DNA of 64,000 nucleotides, taken from Promethearchaeota archaeon. GTDB lineage: Archaea > Asgardarchaeota > Heimdallarchaeia > Hodarchaeales > Hodarchaeaceae. Shown here one piece after another: positions 31,948-42,737 of this stretch. The position numbers and the translations under genes are program-made. The first letter of the stretch is position 1, and every line of letters begins with the position of its first letter. The notes below the pieces were generated by a model. It was not told the origin of the DNA. It was given only the letters and a program-made list of their open reading frames with translations, and searched no databases. The stretch covers positions 320,001 through 384,000 of the forward strand of contig JBHLMN010000001.1 of the NCBI GenBank assembly GCA_048938105.1, given 5' to 3'.

Positions 31948-32676
31948 ATGACTGATAATTTTGATATAATTGCAGTTTCTCCTCACCCAGACGATGCAGA
32001 AATTGGGTGTGGTGGAACTTTAGCTCAACTTGCTGAATTGGGATACCGTGTTGGAATCATTGATTTAACAGATGGAGAACCAACCCCTTTTAATGATAAA
32101 CCCGAAATTCGGATTGAGGAGTCTTTGCAAGCAGCTAAAATACTAGGAGTCGACAGAATATTGCTAGGTCTCCCTAATCGCGTTCTTATGGATAACCTCA
32201 AAGCTAGAATGGCTTTAGCCCGAATATTTCGTCAAAAAAAGCCAAAAATAGTAATTGGAATGCTGGGAATGACTCCTCAAGGATCACCAGATCATTATCA
32301 AAGCCAACTTATATTCGATGCAGCTGTTTTTTACAGTCGTTTATCTAAATGGGAAAATCATTTTGATAACCTTCCTCCATGGAGAATTGAACATATCTAT
32401 TACTACTTCACTGCTCGTGAATTGTTTACTTCAGATCTACCTCTTCAGTTTATTGTGGATATAAGTAAACACTTCGAGATCAAAAAAAAAGCATTATTGG
32501 CTTATAAATCGCAATTTAAGGCACATCCTTCTTATAATCCACCAATTGTCCAATGGATAGAAGGTATGGGGCGATATTTTGGATCATTAATCAATAAAAA
32601 ATACGGAGAAGTCTTCTATGGTTCAAAAGTATTAAATCTGAATTTATTCCAATATTATCTTTCGTCTCCCAAGTAG
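31948..32676 (+). CDS. PIG-L/LmbE family deacetylase (BshB1-like)
   Basis: SPHPDDAEIGCGGTL, DLTDGE, PDH, VDIS...K..A..AYKSQF. Confidence 0.88.
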   Translation: MTDNFDIIAVSPHPDDAEIGCGGTLAQLAELGYRVGIIDLTDGEPTPFNDKPEIRIEESLQAAKILGVDRILLGLPNRVLMDNLKARMALARIFRQKKPKIVIGMLGMTPQGSPDHYQSQLIFDAAVFYSRLSKWENHFDNLPPWRIEHIYYYFTARELFTSDLPLQFIVDISKHFEIKKKALLAYKSQFKAHPSYNPPIVQWIEGMGRYFGSLINKKYGEVFYGSKVLNLNLFQYYLSSPK

Positions 32677-32793
32677 GATTAAAACGAGCTTTCACCTAAC
32701 TCTTTTCTGTAATATGTTCTATATCTGAAGGAATGGAAATTCTGGTCAATTCAGTTAAACTCTGATGTGTCTGCTATTTTAAAAAGGATATAT

Positions 32794-33720
32794 TCATTCA
32801 TCAATATGGTTTCGTGCTATTTTTGCTGCGAATAAAGCATATTCTAAGAAATCTTGTGGTTCCAGTTGCTCGATTGAGTCTTTTAGTGCTGTTAGAATTC
32901 GGTCTTGTTCATTCTTATCGAGTAGATCTTTTTGAGATAAACACTTTGAAAAAAACACTGCAGAGTCCTGAAAATTACCTAATTCGTAGAGAGCGTCAGC
33001 AAGAGAATGGTACTCTTCTGAGGGATTAATTCGTGTTTCTGATGTAAGACTATCTAATAGATCAGCATAATGTTTTAGAGCAATAATTGCACAACGAAGA
33101 CCTTCGATAACTGCATGCTTTGACAAGCTATCACAAACTTTAGTACGCAAACTCAGAATTAACCTACGTTCATGTTCATTTTTTGGAGTGATCTTAGTCA
33201 AACGCTGAACTACACGCCAATATTGAGGCACTTCGTATCCTTGAATAGGATCGGAAAACCGTTGCAGAATTCTAGATTTTACACCATATTCAGCGAGATC
33301 CTTTACATTTGTTTCTAGTCCAAGAACTTCAGTTATTCCAAACTCTCGCATTTTTGCAGAATAAAACGACTTTAAATAACTGTAAAAATCAAAATTGTTG
33401 GAATAAATTTTTTTAACATATCCTAATGCTGTATGTTGGAATTTAGAAAAGCAGAATGGATCCATTAATTGAAATAATTGTATTTCAGAACCGTGGACAA
33501 CAGCTAGTGAGATTACCTGCCCCTGTAATCCATCAGATTCGAGCTTTAAGATTGCTGTACCACTTGGAAGAGAAATTGGAATACTAACTGTTTTCTCAAA
33601 AACAGGTTTTAATAGATCTTCATTTGTAATCCAGTCTTCAACTAGAAGATTACTAAAAATCCAAAGCTCAGGTTGGCTAGAAATCTCTAATAATGTTTTC
33701 CGTGATCGTTTCCGTGGCAA
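32794..33720 (-). CDS. Hypothetical protein, possibly inactive YprB/RNase H-like domain plus TPR
   Basis: LKLESDGL..., DPIQGYEVPQYW, C-terminal YHSLADALYELGNFQDSAVFFSKCL TPR. Confidence 0.45.
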   Translation of the reverse strand: MPRKRSRKTLLEISSQPELWIFSNLLVEDWITNEDLLKPVFEKTVSIPISLPSGTAILKLESDGLQGQVISLAVVHGSEIQLFQLMDPFCFSKFQHTALGYVKKIYSNNFDFYSYLKSFYSAKMREFGITEVLGLETNVKDLAEYGVKSRILQRFSDPIQGYEVPQYWRVVQRLTKITPKNEHERRLILSLRTKVCDSLSKHAVIEGLRCAIIALKHYADLLDSLTSETRINPSEEYHSLADALYELGNFQDSAVFFSKCLSQKDLLDKNEQDRILTALKDSIEQLEPQDFLEYALFAAKIARNHIDE

Positions 33721-33829
33721 AACTCAAACACTTCTTTCTTTAATTTATATAAATATCCTAATTTTATTTTGATAAATGTTTTTATCTCAATCAGTGGGAG
33801 TTATATCCTTAATATTTTTCATTATTTGA

Positions 33830-35755
33830 TTATCGACGCACATGAACAGCAACTCCCCTATTGAACGCAATCATCTCTGGGGCTGCAAGGCTACTTTTAC
33901 CAAAATTAAGAAAAATGTCGTTTTCGTCAACAATGAATACTTCTTCACCACACAGAATTTCAGGATCCACATTTAGTACAAATTTTGCTAATAAATCTTT
34001 GTTATTGGCAACATAAGGAAGAGCTTCATTTGCTGCTACCACTCGTAAATGTGGAGGGAGAGTTTGTTGGTATAATTTTTGAGCGAAAGTTTTTGAAGGT
34101 ATAATAACAAAATCTGAAGCACGAAATGTCCCCAATATCCCTGATTCATTAGAAAATCTACGAATAATTCCAGTTTTTCTAGATCTTTCAATATTTAGGC
34201 ACAGATCACTCAAAATGGCATGTGTACCAGCCCCAAATTGATAATCAATAATAGCTTTTAGGATATGAGTTTCATTCAACTTATCTTTATTTTTAATCCC
34301 TTCAAAAATATCGAAGTCTTGTAATATTTCAATATCTAGATCCAATGAAGGATGAATTTCGACTTGTTTGAACTTAGATCTATACATGTTGAGAAATCTT
34401 GATATAAAATTAGTAATCTCTGAGGAAAATGTCATGGGAATCCTTTCATGTTGAACTAAAGGATAAATTCCTTGTAATTCGTCAGGAATTATCCCAAAGA
34501 TTGGAGATAATCTTATTACTTGATATGAGTCTGTAGAGTGTATGTTTTGGAAATCTTGGCCGATTATTAGATTTTGATTCCAGATATAAAAACGTTCTAA
34601 AATCCGTTTCCTGTATCGCAATAGGAGAGGGTGGAAAGTAAGAATTGGATGAGTAATGAGGAGAGATCGAGATTTTGAAATGGGTTCATATTTTTCGACA
34701 AATTGAGAGGTTTTTAAACCAAACACAAAATCTAGAACCTTAGCTAAGGAGGGGTGATTCATCACTCGTGCTAAAACAAGTTCGTATAACCGTCCCTCGA
34801 TAATAGCCTGTTTAATTCTACGTATTTCTTCTAAACTGACGATAAGATTATGTTTAGCAAGTAATTCGGTTCGAGTTTCTTGATCGACCTGCTTTAATTC
34901 TGAAGGAGAATAATTCTGACAGATCTCACATGAACAGGGAAGATAATGTAAATTATCAAGATGTTCTGTACCAAATTCTGTAATATAACGATTTTTTTTG
35001 GCAAAAATAATATATGCTGCGGAATCAAACATATCTACACCAAGATATACAGCAACTGCAAAGAACATGGGATGACCTGCTCCAAATAAGTGAATAGGCC
35101 GATTTAGAGGTAAATGTTGTTTAACAGTGAATATTATCTGAACAACAGTAGAAAAATCATACTTCTCCAATAATGGTACAACAGATCCAATGGGATGAAT
35201 ATGGAAGTCTTTTAAGGCCATTTCCATGCAAGATCTTTCGACTAACTTCAAGTATTTCCCTCCTTGAATTGGTCCAGACCATAAAATTGAGTTTGTTAAA
35301 TTTCGGTGTTGAATATGTTCATCCGCTCTAAGAAGGGTTTTTTCCAAAGCTATTTTAGATTCCTCATAGGTCCCCTTTCTTATTGGAACATCTAAGAAAA
35401 CACCGATATCACTACTAATTTGTTCTTGAAACTGGGTAATTTCTTTATTGGTTACTGACACCTCACCATATTCCATAAGTTGAAATGCTCCTGAATCAGT
35501 CACAAGTGGACCAGAATAACCAATATGCTTGTGTAATCCTTCATCTAATGCTTGTTCTCGATTCACAGGATCTCTATATAATAAATAGGCATTTGTGATA
35601 AAAGCTTCCGCTCCACATTTTTCCATTTCTTTAGGAGGTATCAATTGACGATTTGGATTGATCACAGGCAGAAAAACTGGTGTTGTGATTTTGCCATGCG
35701 TTGTCACAATCGTTCCAATTCGTGCTAATCCATCTTTCTTTCTTATTGAGAACAA
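33830..35755 (-). CDS. tgtA: tRNA-guanine(15) transglycosylase (archaeosine TGT)
   Basis: DGLARIG, TDSGAFQ, HLFGAGHP, DMFDSA, CSCEIC...HNL zinc site, C-terminal PUA domain. Confidence 0.95.
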   Translation of the reverse strand: MFSIRKKDGLARIGTIVTTHGKITTPVFLPVINPNRQLIPPKEMEKCGAEAFITNAYLLYRDPVNREQALDEGLHKHIGYSGPLVTDSGAFQLMEYGEVSVTNKEITQFQEQISSDIGVFLDVPIRKGTYEESKIALEKTLLRADEHIQHRNLTNSILWSGPIQGGKYLKLVERSCMEMALKDFHIHPIGSVVPLLEKYDFSTVVQIIFTVKQHLPLNRPIHLFGAGHPMFFAVAVYLGVDMFDSAAYIIFAKKNRYITEFGTEHLDNLHYLPCSCEICQNYSPSELKQVDQETRTELLAKHNLIVSLEEIRRIKQAIIEGRLYELVLARVMNHPSLAKVLDFVFGLKTSQFVEKYEPISKSRSLLITHPILTFHPLLLRYRKRILERFYIWNQNLIIGQDFQNIHSTDSYQVIRLSPIFGIIPDELQGIYPLVQHERIPMTFSSEITNFISRFLNMYRSKFKQVEIHPSLDLDIEILQDFDIFEGIKNKDKLNETHILKAIIDYQFGAGTHAILSDLCLNIERSRKTGIIRRFSNESGILGTFRASDFVIIPSKTFAQKLYQQTLPPHLRVVAANEALPYVANNKDLLAKFVLNVDPEILCGEEVFIVDENDIFLNFGKSSLAAPEMIAFNRGVAVHVRR

Positions 35756-35995
35756 ATGATAATGGCATCTCCTCAGATCTGGTTGTTACATAACCCCCTC
35801 CTCAAGGAAATTATTGCCACATGACTTTAATTTCTCAAATAACATATTTATCATTCTTCTATAAACTTCAGATATTAGAAAATGTCAATTTAATATATTG
35901 AAGCTGATTTAATTAACTTATATTATTTATATCTTCGGTTGATTCCCTTTTTAGTAGAAGTCTGTTTAACAGGTGTTAGTGAAAAAAAAAATAAA

Positions 35996-36895
35996 CTATT
36001 TGGAATCTTGATCTTTCTCTGTGATAACACGAGAAATCTCTGTTAAAGAATCTGTAAGTTTATTCTCGCCTTCCTCTTCTTCAATGATTTCTATCACATT
36101 AGAAACCGTTTTAAAAATGAAGTGTAAGTCTTTTACCTTAAATTCTACCTCCTCTTCTTCAAGTCCTGTTGGTAATGAAAATTCAGCCCAGATCTCAGTT
36201 CCAGAAAAACCTGTAAATGCAGGAGAGTTTTGGAGCTCTTCTTCTACTAAAACAGAGTCTTTCAATGTAAGATTCTTAAATTTCAGGTTGATAAAGCTAC
36301 CCTCAATATCTATGTCTACTTCAAGCCCATAAGATTCCGTTAAAGTTTCAACAATTGAACGTAACATACTAATGCTGTGAATACTAGTCTCTTGAGCATT
36401 TATCAAGCATAAATCCAGTTTTGGCCAGAGAAGAAATAGTTGGTCTCGTAAAAAATGGGTTTCAATAATTTGATCCATACTCCCCATAGGAAAAACCTCC
36501 TTTCCCTTTATTATTGTTCGCTTAAGAAGGTCTGAAGCTGAACGGCGAGTAGATGTTTGTTTTTCATGAATTATCTTCCAATAATCATCAATATAAACAT
36601 AAACATCAGGAAGGAGGGGTTCACCCTCCTGAAACGTTCTCATAAGGCCTTTTATTCGTTGAGAATAACAAAACATTGGTATTTGTTTCTTAGGTTCACG
36701 CTTCAATAATAAGACATCTAAATAACGACGATCAGTACATTTAGGACGTAGCATGTTGACAACTTTATTATTTTGACATTTTTCAAGACAGAATAACCTT
36801 CGATCACGAACCATTTCTTCCCAAAGAGTAACCCCTGATATTAGATTTAAAGTCTCCATTGCTATTTTTGGGGCTTCCTCTTCGTTCCATTTCAT
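35996..36895 (-). CDS. Hypothetical protein (Cys-containing N-terminus, acidic C-terminus)
   Basis: 299-aa ORF with GGAG upstream; no family recognised. Confidence 0.6.
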   Translation of the reverse strand: MKWNEEEAPKIAMETLNLISGVTLWEEMVRDRRLFCLEKCQNNKVVNMLRPKCTDRRYLDVLLLKREPKKQIPMFCYSQRIKGLMRTFQEGEPLLPDVYVYIDDYWKIIHEKQTSTRRSASDLLKRTIIKGKEVFPMGSMDQIIETHFLRDQLFLLWPKLDLCLINAQETSIHSISMLRSIVETLTESYGLEVDIDIEGSFINLKFKNLTLKDSVLVEEELQNSPAFTGFSGTEIWAEFSLPTGLEEEEVEFKVKDLHFIFKTVSNVIEIIEEEEGENKLTDSLTEISRVITEKDQDSK

Positions 36896-37489
36896 CGCTT
36901 TTGGGATCTCCTTCTAGGACTGTTTGTGAGAAAAACTGAATAGATTACTTCTCTGTCGCTATATCGATTTTAGATGGTTCTACTTATATTAGGATCTATT
37001 TTTTTATTGATAAGATGTATGTGGATCTTTCAATATTTTAGGACACTTGCGTTATTAGATGTGTGATAATAGGTAGATGGTTTTATTGTTGAAATTATTT
37101 AGAATTTCTCTAATATTAACTAAATACAACTTTTCATAAAAATTTTGTCATATTCCAGTACCTTTTGTATGATGATTTAAAATTTCTAGTATAAGGGTAG
37201 AAATAAGGTAGAAATAAGCTTTTACAGTTAAGAGTTATTCAAAAGGAGGGCGACAAAAAAAGTTAACCAGTTTCTAAGGCCTTCTGAACAATAAGTAAAT
37301 GTAATTTCCCCCAAATTTTGTTAATTATTGAAGATATCTAGTAAAATTCTAATTAGAATCAAGAATTCGAAGCCTCAGAGTGCCTTTTATATAATTACTA
37401 GTGGGTTTAAGATGCTTTGCCCTATTAACTCTGGAAAAAATAAATATTTCCCTCTAATGTCCCATCCTTTGAAGAAATTCAGTTAGTTC

Positions 37490-37700
37490 TTCGATTATAA
37501 AAGATAGGTTATTAAAATTGATTGAGTTTTATTCAACTTTATTCACAGGAGGTCATCAACTAGCTCGTTACCGCCGCTAGTCTCCATCGTGTGGGATGTA
37601 ACCCGACATCCTCTATCCTGTCAGCGTTAACCGCGTTCAGGAATGCTTTTTTCATAATATTGTACGCGCCATTCACATCAGCATTAATTATAGTGCCTTT
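37490..37700 (-). ncRNA. Putative TnpB omega-RNA / element right end
   Basis: omega-RNAs are known to overlap the tnpB 3' end. Short stems after the stop (AGTT-gaataa-AACT; TTGAT...ATCAA). Boundaries are approximate. Confidence 0.35.
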
Positions 37701-38780
37701 CAGGGATTTGAATAGTCCTCTAGTAATTCTTCGGCCTAGGTATTTCCTATGGTGTTCGATTGACTCATTATCCAAAAAAGAACACTTGCTGGAAAAACTT
37801 TCCTCTTGTTTAATGACCATTATCCCCTGCTCTGCTGCTTTGTATTCCAGTTGTTGAATTAGCTTGTTATACGGAATGGAGACAAAATTCTGAGTGTTCT
37901 TTTTACCAATTTTGCAATTTTGCTTCCACTCGGGATTATACCCGATCACAATTGTTCCAATGTCATTCCTAACACAGTACTCAATGATTTTCTGGCTAGT
38001 CTTATGGAAAAATTCATTGATCTTTCTATTGCGTTTTATGGTCAACTTTTGCATAGTTTTCCCTGTCTTTATTCCCTGACGGTCATAGGTTGATTGAATT
38101 CGGGCGCGTTCTTTGTTATAGTATTGATTAATGGATTTGGCAATCCCACCTTTAATAACAAACGGTTTTAAACCATTGTTATTGACAGTAGTTATGAGAT
38201 TGCGAACCCCTATATCAATTGCAACGATTTTGTCTTTATTTAATGGTTTAGGACTGATTTCTTTCTGGTAGATCATTTCTACCACATAACCTACTCCTTT
38301 CGGAATAATTCGTACCTCTCTGATGTCAGTCCTATCAGGTAGTCTTGTTTTTATTTTCAAACCTACTTTTTTTGGAAATAACAGGAAATTATCTTTTAAT
38401 TTCACCTGTTGGTTGGTAAAAACCAACATAAACTCTCCATTCTTTGGTTTGTATCTAGGAGGATTCGGTCTTCCGTTAAATTTTGATTTGTCCTTCTTCC
38501 ATTCATTAATAGCTCCAAAAAAGGATTTCCAATTCCTATCAAGTATTTTTAAAACTTGTTGAGCTGTTTGAGCTGGAAGTAGGTGATAATTGTCTGAAGT
38601 TTTAAGAAGGTGATATAAAGAATTATACCGAATCCATTTATTATGATTGAAAAACTCTTGACGCACAAGATAGTTAGCCTCATTATAGAGATTTTTCGAT
38701 AAATGACATAAAAATCGTAATTGTGGACAGGATTTTAACCAAATTCGTTCAGTTCTGATAACGCTTTTGTATCTGCTCAC
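37560..38780 (-). mobile_element. tnpB: Solo TnpB RNA-guided endonuclease (IS200/IS605-IS607 superfamily)
   Basis: KNLYN, RuvC-I AIDIG, RuvC-II QEESFSSKC, RuvC-III NADVNGAYNI; no tnpA nearby. Confidence 0.92.
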
Positions 38781-39334
38781 GAATCATCCCTGAAAACGAT
38801 TATCATAATTTATAATACCTTAGCTTTTTAATCACCTAATTACCATTTCTTTCTTGTAAGAATGAGATTATAAACTAAATATGATTAAAATATCGGAAAT
38901 TATTTTAGAAAATAAGCATCAATTTTAATAATACTTTTAGAAGTCTTGAAGAATCAAAAATTTATCTATATTGAATCTTTTTAAAATAATATACTCTCAA
39001 CTAGAAATCATCTCAAGTTCTTAATCATGTGTCATCTTTTGGACGTTAAACGAGAATCCATCGATCATTCCTTATAATGTACGAAAGGTATCCAATAATA
39101 GGTACGTGATGTACTAGCTCTGCTGCATTGTCTATTTTTTGAGTAATCCAGCTTCATCAAACATCTTTCTTAACACTCTCTCCATCTCTACTCCAATTCT
39201 CTTGGCAAATCTTTCTGAAAATTTGTCAAAAAGAAGGTTAAAGTTTACACAAAAATGAAAAATGATAATTTATTGATAAAAATATTCCTCTATATAAATA
39301 CACAACCTTCTGTACAGTTACACTTTTATCATAT

Positions 39335-39919
39335 TTAATTTAGAGATTCTTCGTTACCTTTTGAATAATCTTCATCAAATTCATCTGGTTCCCAGTTGAA
39401 GTTCTTCATGAAAAGATGTCCTATATTTTGAGAACTTTGATCTTCATTATTCATCAAGTGAATTTCGTTTTTAGTATAGAAGAAAGCTTCCATATGTAAT
39501 ACAAAGAAATCTGTTCCAAATTCTCTAGAAAATTTATTTTTTGAATGCGTGACTATCAATAATACACCTATTCCACCAAAAGTTTTAACAAATTCTTCTA
39601 GAAGTTCCCTGTCCCAATAATCTATAGTATTTATTTGAATATCCCAAGAATGATCACCTTGTATAAAATAATTGTTATGAAAGATTTTGTTTTTAAAATG
39701 TCCAGGTTTTTTATTTTCTAGTAATTCAAGAGTCCTGAATTTAAAATAAAGTTCTATCCAATTATCTTTTTTATATTCTATTCCTTTCTTTTTTAGTAAA
39801 TGTATTGCTTCCCTACTCTCTTGAATTGGAGGAAGACATGGAGGAATAACCCCTGATGACCCATATTCATTAAATAATACTTCCGTGATCATTTCAGCTT
39901 CTTTTCGTGGTGAAAGCAT
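39335..39919 (-). CDS. Shortened paralogue of the adjacent restriction endonuclease-like protein
   Basis: MLSPRKEAEMITEVLFNEYGS aligns with MVSPREEAELLINVLFSEFGS; shared EAI, KxPGxFK, GxxSWDI and C-terminal FN..P..F..DY. Confidence 0.7.
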   Translation of the reverse strand: MLSPRKEAEMITEVLFNEYGSSGVIPPCLPPIQESREAIHLLKKKGIEYKKDNWIELYFKFRTLELLENKKPGHFKNKIFHNNYFIQGDHSWDIQINTIDYWDRELLEEFVKTFGGIGVLLIVTHSKNKFSREFGTDFFVLHMEAFFYTKNEIHLMNNEDQSSQNIGHLFMKNFNWEPDEFDEDYSKGNEESLN

Positions 39920-40023
39920 AATTATAACACACATTTCTGGTATTAATAGAATTTTAGTGATGACTACGCTTTTTAAAATCTATATTTAATAGAATTTGAA
40001 TATACTGCAATTTAGGAGAGGAA

Positions 40024-40782
40024 TTAATCTTTTTCTGGGTAATCATCTGTAAAATCTTTGGGGCGGTCATTAAACATCCAAGCTCCTATGTAACACTTCT
40101 CTGTTCTCATCTGTTGTATATCCAATTGATATTTACCTTTCCTTGGAGCTCCACTTGGTAGTCTCATACCTTCTTGGAAAGTTGGGTCAGCCCACCCTTT
40201 TTCAAGGCCTTGTTTTAAATCTTCAAGTGTTAAATAAAAACCTAAGATTTCACCAATAAGAAAAGCAGTCTTTCTTACCTTTCTTGGTCGTTCTTCATCG
40301 ATTCGTTGCTTTGTATATTCACTTGAACCACCTTTGAATTTTTCATGCCATCTTACAAAACTTCCATCCTTATCGTATTTAAAATGAGTCTTTCCAACTA
40401 ATAACCCGTAACCCTCATTCTTTTCCAAATAATTATCGAAGAACGATTTATCAACAAAAGGAACCTCTGGTGATTCATATCTTGATGATTTGAGACGAAT
40501 ATCCCATGAAAATTCTCCTTTAATTAAAAATAACCTTTTCCATGGATCAAAATGTTTGAATTTTCCTGGGAGTTTAGAATCTAGAAGGTGACGTAAATAA
40601 TGTTTAACATAGAAACTTGGCCATTCTAAATGTTTATATGGGAGATTATTATTTCTTAACCATTGAATTGCTTCTTTTCCATCTACAAGTGGAGGTGAAC
40701 GAGATTTATTAGTATCAATTGATCCAAATTCACTGAAAAGAACATTAATTAATAGTTCTGCTTCCTCTCGTGGTGAAACCAT
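40024..40782 (-). CDS. Putative type II restriction endonuclease
   Basis: Overlaps the MTase 3' end by 34 nt. DGKEAIQWLR...EW..FY and WHEKFKGG...RK resemble MTase-associated REases; catalytic motif is only loosely visible (WDIRLK). Confidence 0.6.
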   Translation of the reverse strand: MVSPREEAELLINVLFSEFGSIDTNKSRSPPLVDGKEAIQWLRNNNLPYKHLEWPSFYVKHYLRHLLDSKLPGKFKHFDPWKRLFLIKGEFSWDIRLKSSRYESPEVPFVDKSFFDNYLEKNEGYGLLVGKTHFKYDKDGSFVRWHEKFKGGSSEYTKQRIDEERPRKVRKTAFLIGEILGFYLTLEDLKQGLEKGWADPTFQEGMRLPSGAPRKGKYQLDIQQMRTEKCYIGAWMFNDRPKDFTDDYPEKD

Positions 40783-41810
40783 TCCAACATCCCACGTTCT
40801 TTGTTCTTAACTTCAGAAATGTATACTTCATAAGCTTTTGGATACTTCCTTTTTAGATCATCAATTGACGGTAGCAAAGTTTTATACATACGGTAGTCTC
40901 TTCCTAAAGGTGTTATATCCAAATTATGTTCTATAATAGAACGCATCTTGTCATTAATCTCAAAACCAATAAAATGACGATAGTTAGCTATAGCTGCCTC
41001 TGCTGTAGTGCCATTGCCCATAAATGGATCTAAAATTATATCTCCAGGTTTTGAACTAAAATCAATACATCTCTGAATCAATTGAGCAGGAAGTTTAGTG
41101 CCGTTTTTCTTCTCCCCTGGGGAATAATCTCGTTTGATATCCCAAACATCAGTTGGATAATGTTCGATTTTGTTGAAATAATATTCTTTAGGGTCTTTTG
41201 CAAGAAACAATATATGATAATGACTAGTTACAAACTTAATTTTTGTGTAAACCCCGAATTGATATTGCCAAATTAAATGATTTAACACAATTAAACCTGA
41301 ATTTCTTAGGGATCTGAGAATATCCTCTAAATTTGTCCAGCCACTAAAAATATACGCAGATGAGGTTGGTTTCATGAGACGAGGAAGTTGAGAAATCCAC
41401 TGTTCTGTAAAATCATTATAATTACTTTGTATTTCTTTATAATCTTCAACTACAAAATCAGAATCCCGATTATAAATAGACTCTTTTCCTGAAAAATCAA
41501 GTCCAAAAGGAGGATCAGCAATGATTAAATCGATACTTTCTTTTGATAAAAGCTGCATTCCTTTAATACAATCTTGAAAATATGTTTGATCTATTTTAAA
41601 AGATCCAATTTGTTTAACTTGTTTGTTAAAAAGGTTTAATGCTTGGGACTTATCCCAATCTTCACTGGGGCGGAATCTAAAAGCAGCTAAACCAGGAATA
41701 TATTTATTCTTCCGTTTTCTCTTCTTCTCTTTGTTATATTGTATCATTTCTTGAGAACTCTGAGAAACCATACCTGTAGCCTTCAAATAAAACTCTCCCT
41801 TATTTATCAT
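40749..41810 (-). CDS. Site-specific DNA methyltransferase, N4-C/N6-A, beta class
   Basis: Motif IV ADPPF precedes motif I LDPFMGNGTT; IGFEIN. Confidence 0.93.
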   Translation of the reverse strand: MINKGEFYLKATGMVSQSSQEMIQYNKEKKRKRKNKYIPGLAAFRFRPSEDWDKSQALNLFNKQVKQIGSFKIDQTYFQDCIKGMQLLSKESIDLIIADPPFGLDFSGKESIYNRDSDFVVEDYKEIQSNYNDFTEQWISQLPRLMKPTSSAYIFSGWTNLEDILRSLRNSGLIVLNHLIWQYQFGVYTKIKFVTSHYHILFLAKDPKEYYFNKIEHYPTDVWDIKRDYSPGEKKNGTKLPAQLIQRCIDFSSKPGDIILDPFMGNGTTAEAAIANYRHFIGFEINDKMRSIIEHNLDITPLGRDYRMYKTLLPSIDDLKRKYPKAYEVYISEVKNKERGMLEWFHHERKQNY

Positions 41811-42225
41811 TAATAAAGTTTTTCAGATGAATTGTATTTTTTGATCAGAGAAGCTCTATTTAACCAAAAAGCGTTTCTGTTAGCTACATATATATAATGG
41901 GTTGATCTAAGGGATAGATCGAGCTAAAAGACCCGAGACGTCATTAGTGTATAAAGATGATGATTCTAGATTATTATAGAGGAGTTTCTATTATTTCTAA
42001 TTCTTCAAACAAAAAAATCACTTTATTTTTCTAATATAAAAGAAGATATTACGTAAATAACATCTATTTAAAACTAAAAGTAACCATTTCATTTCCTAAA
42101 AGAGGTAGTTGACTTTACATCAACAATTAAATAAAGTATATACAGTCTTACATCCAATATAACTCAAAATTAATCTAGATTTTAGGTAGATATGAGAAAA
42201 ATTAGATTATAGATTTCCACATATA

Positions 42226-42612
42226 ATGGAAAAAAAACTGGAATCTATTCTGAATTGGAATGAGGATCTTTCTTCAATCCTAGAAATTATCAATCCAGAT
42301 CGTTGGAAAGTTTTTCAGGTATTATATGTTAAAAGAGAAAATGAAGAACAATTTCCTTATTTACAAATTACTCCTAAGCAATTTCAATATTTTATTGAAG
42401 TTCACGCAAAATATCGCCCTGTGGCAGAAGATATAGAACTTATGAGAGGATCATATCTTATGCTTGATCCTCAATGTCGGTTTTTTCAGAATTCAACAGG
42501 TGAATTGGTTTTTAGTCAGTTAATTCTAGATATTGGTATTATCCCTGCAAGTGTAGAAGTGGGATGGGATTTTAGAAAATTCATTAAACGTGGAGGAATT
42601 TACAAATGGTGA
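42226..42612 (+). pseudogene. Viperin (RSAD2-like) C-terminal fragment lacking the radical-SAM core
   Basis: LNWNED, NPDRWKVFQVL, MRGSYLMLDPQCRFF, KFIKRGGIYKW match the viperin C-terminal half; no CxxxCxxC upstream. Confidence 0.8.
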
Positions 42613-42737
42613 TTCAAGAATAGATTTGCCCAATCTGTGGTAATGTTATCGTTTTTATTGAAAGCTAAATGAGAAGAATATTTAAATGGTTTCGATTGTT
42701 GAAGAAACACCAGCAGTTGCTTGTTTTTTGAGATATT

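Noticed and set aside
36021-36332. Ser-rich 103-aa plus-strand ORF
   Set aside because: Antisense mirror of Glu-rich codons in 35996-36895.
42160-42180. LKIN-encoding stretch as the viperin KINTV motif
   Set aside because: Too far from LNWNED and easily produced by chance in AT-rich DNA.
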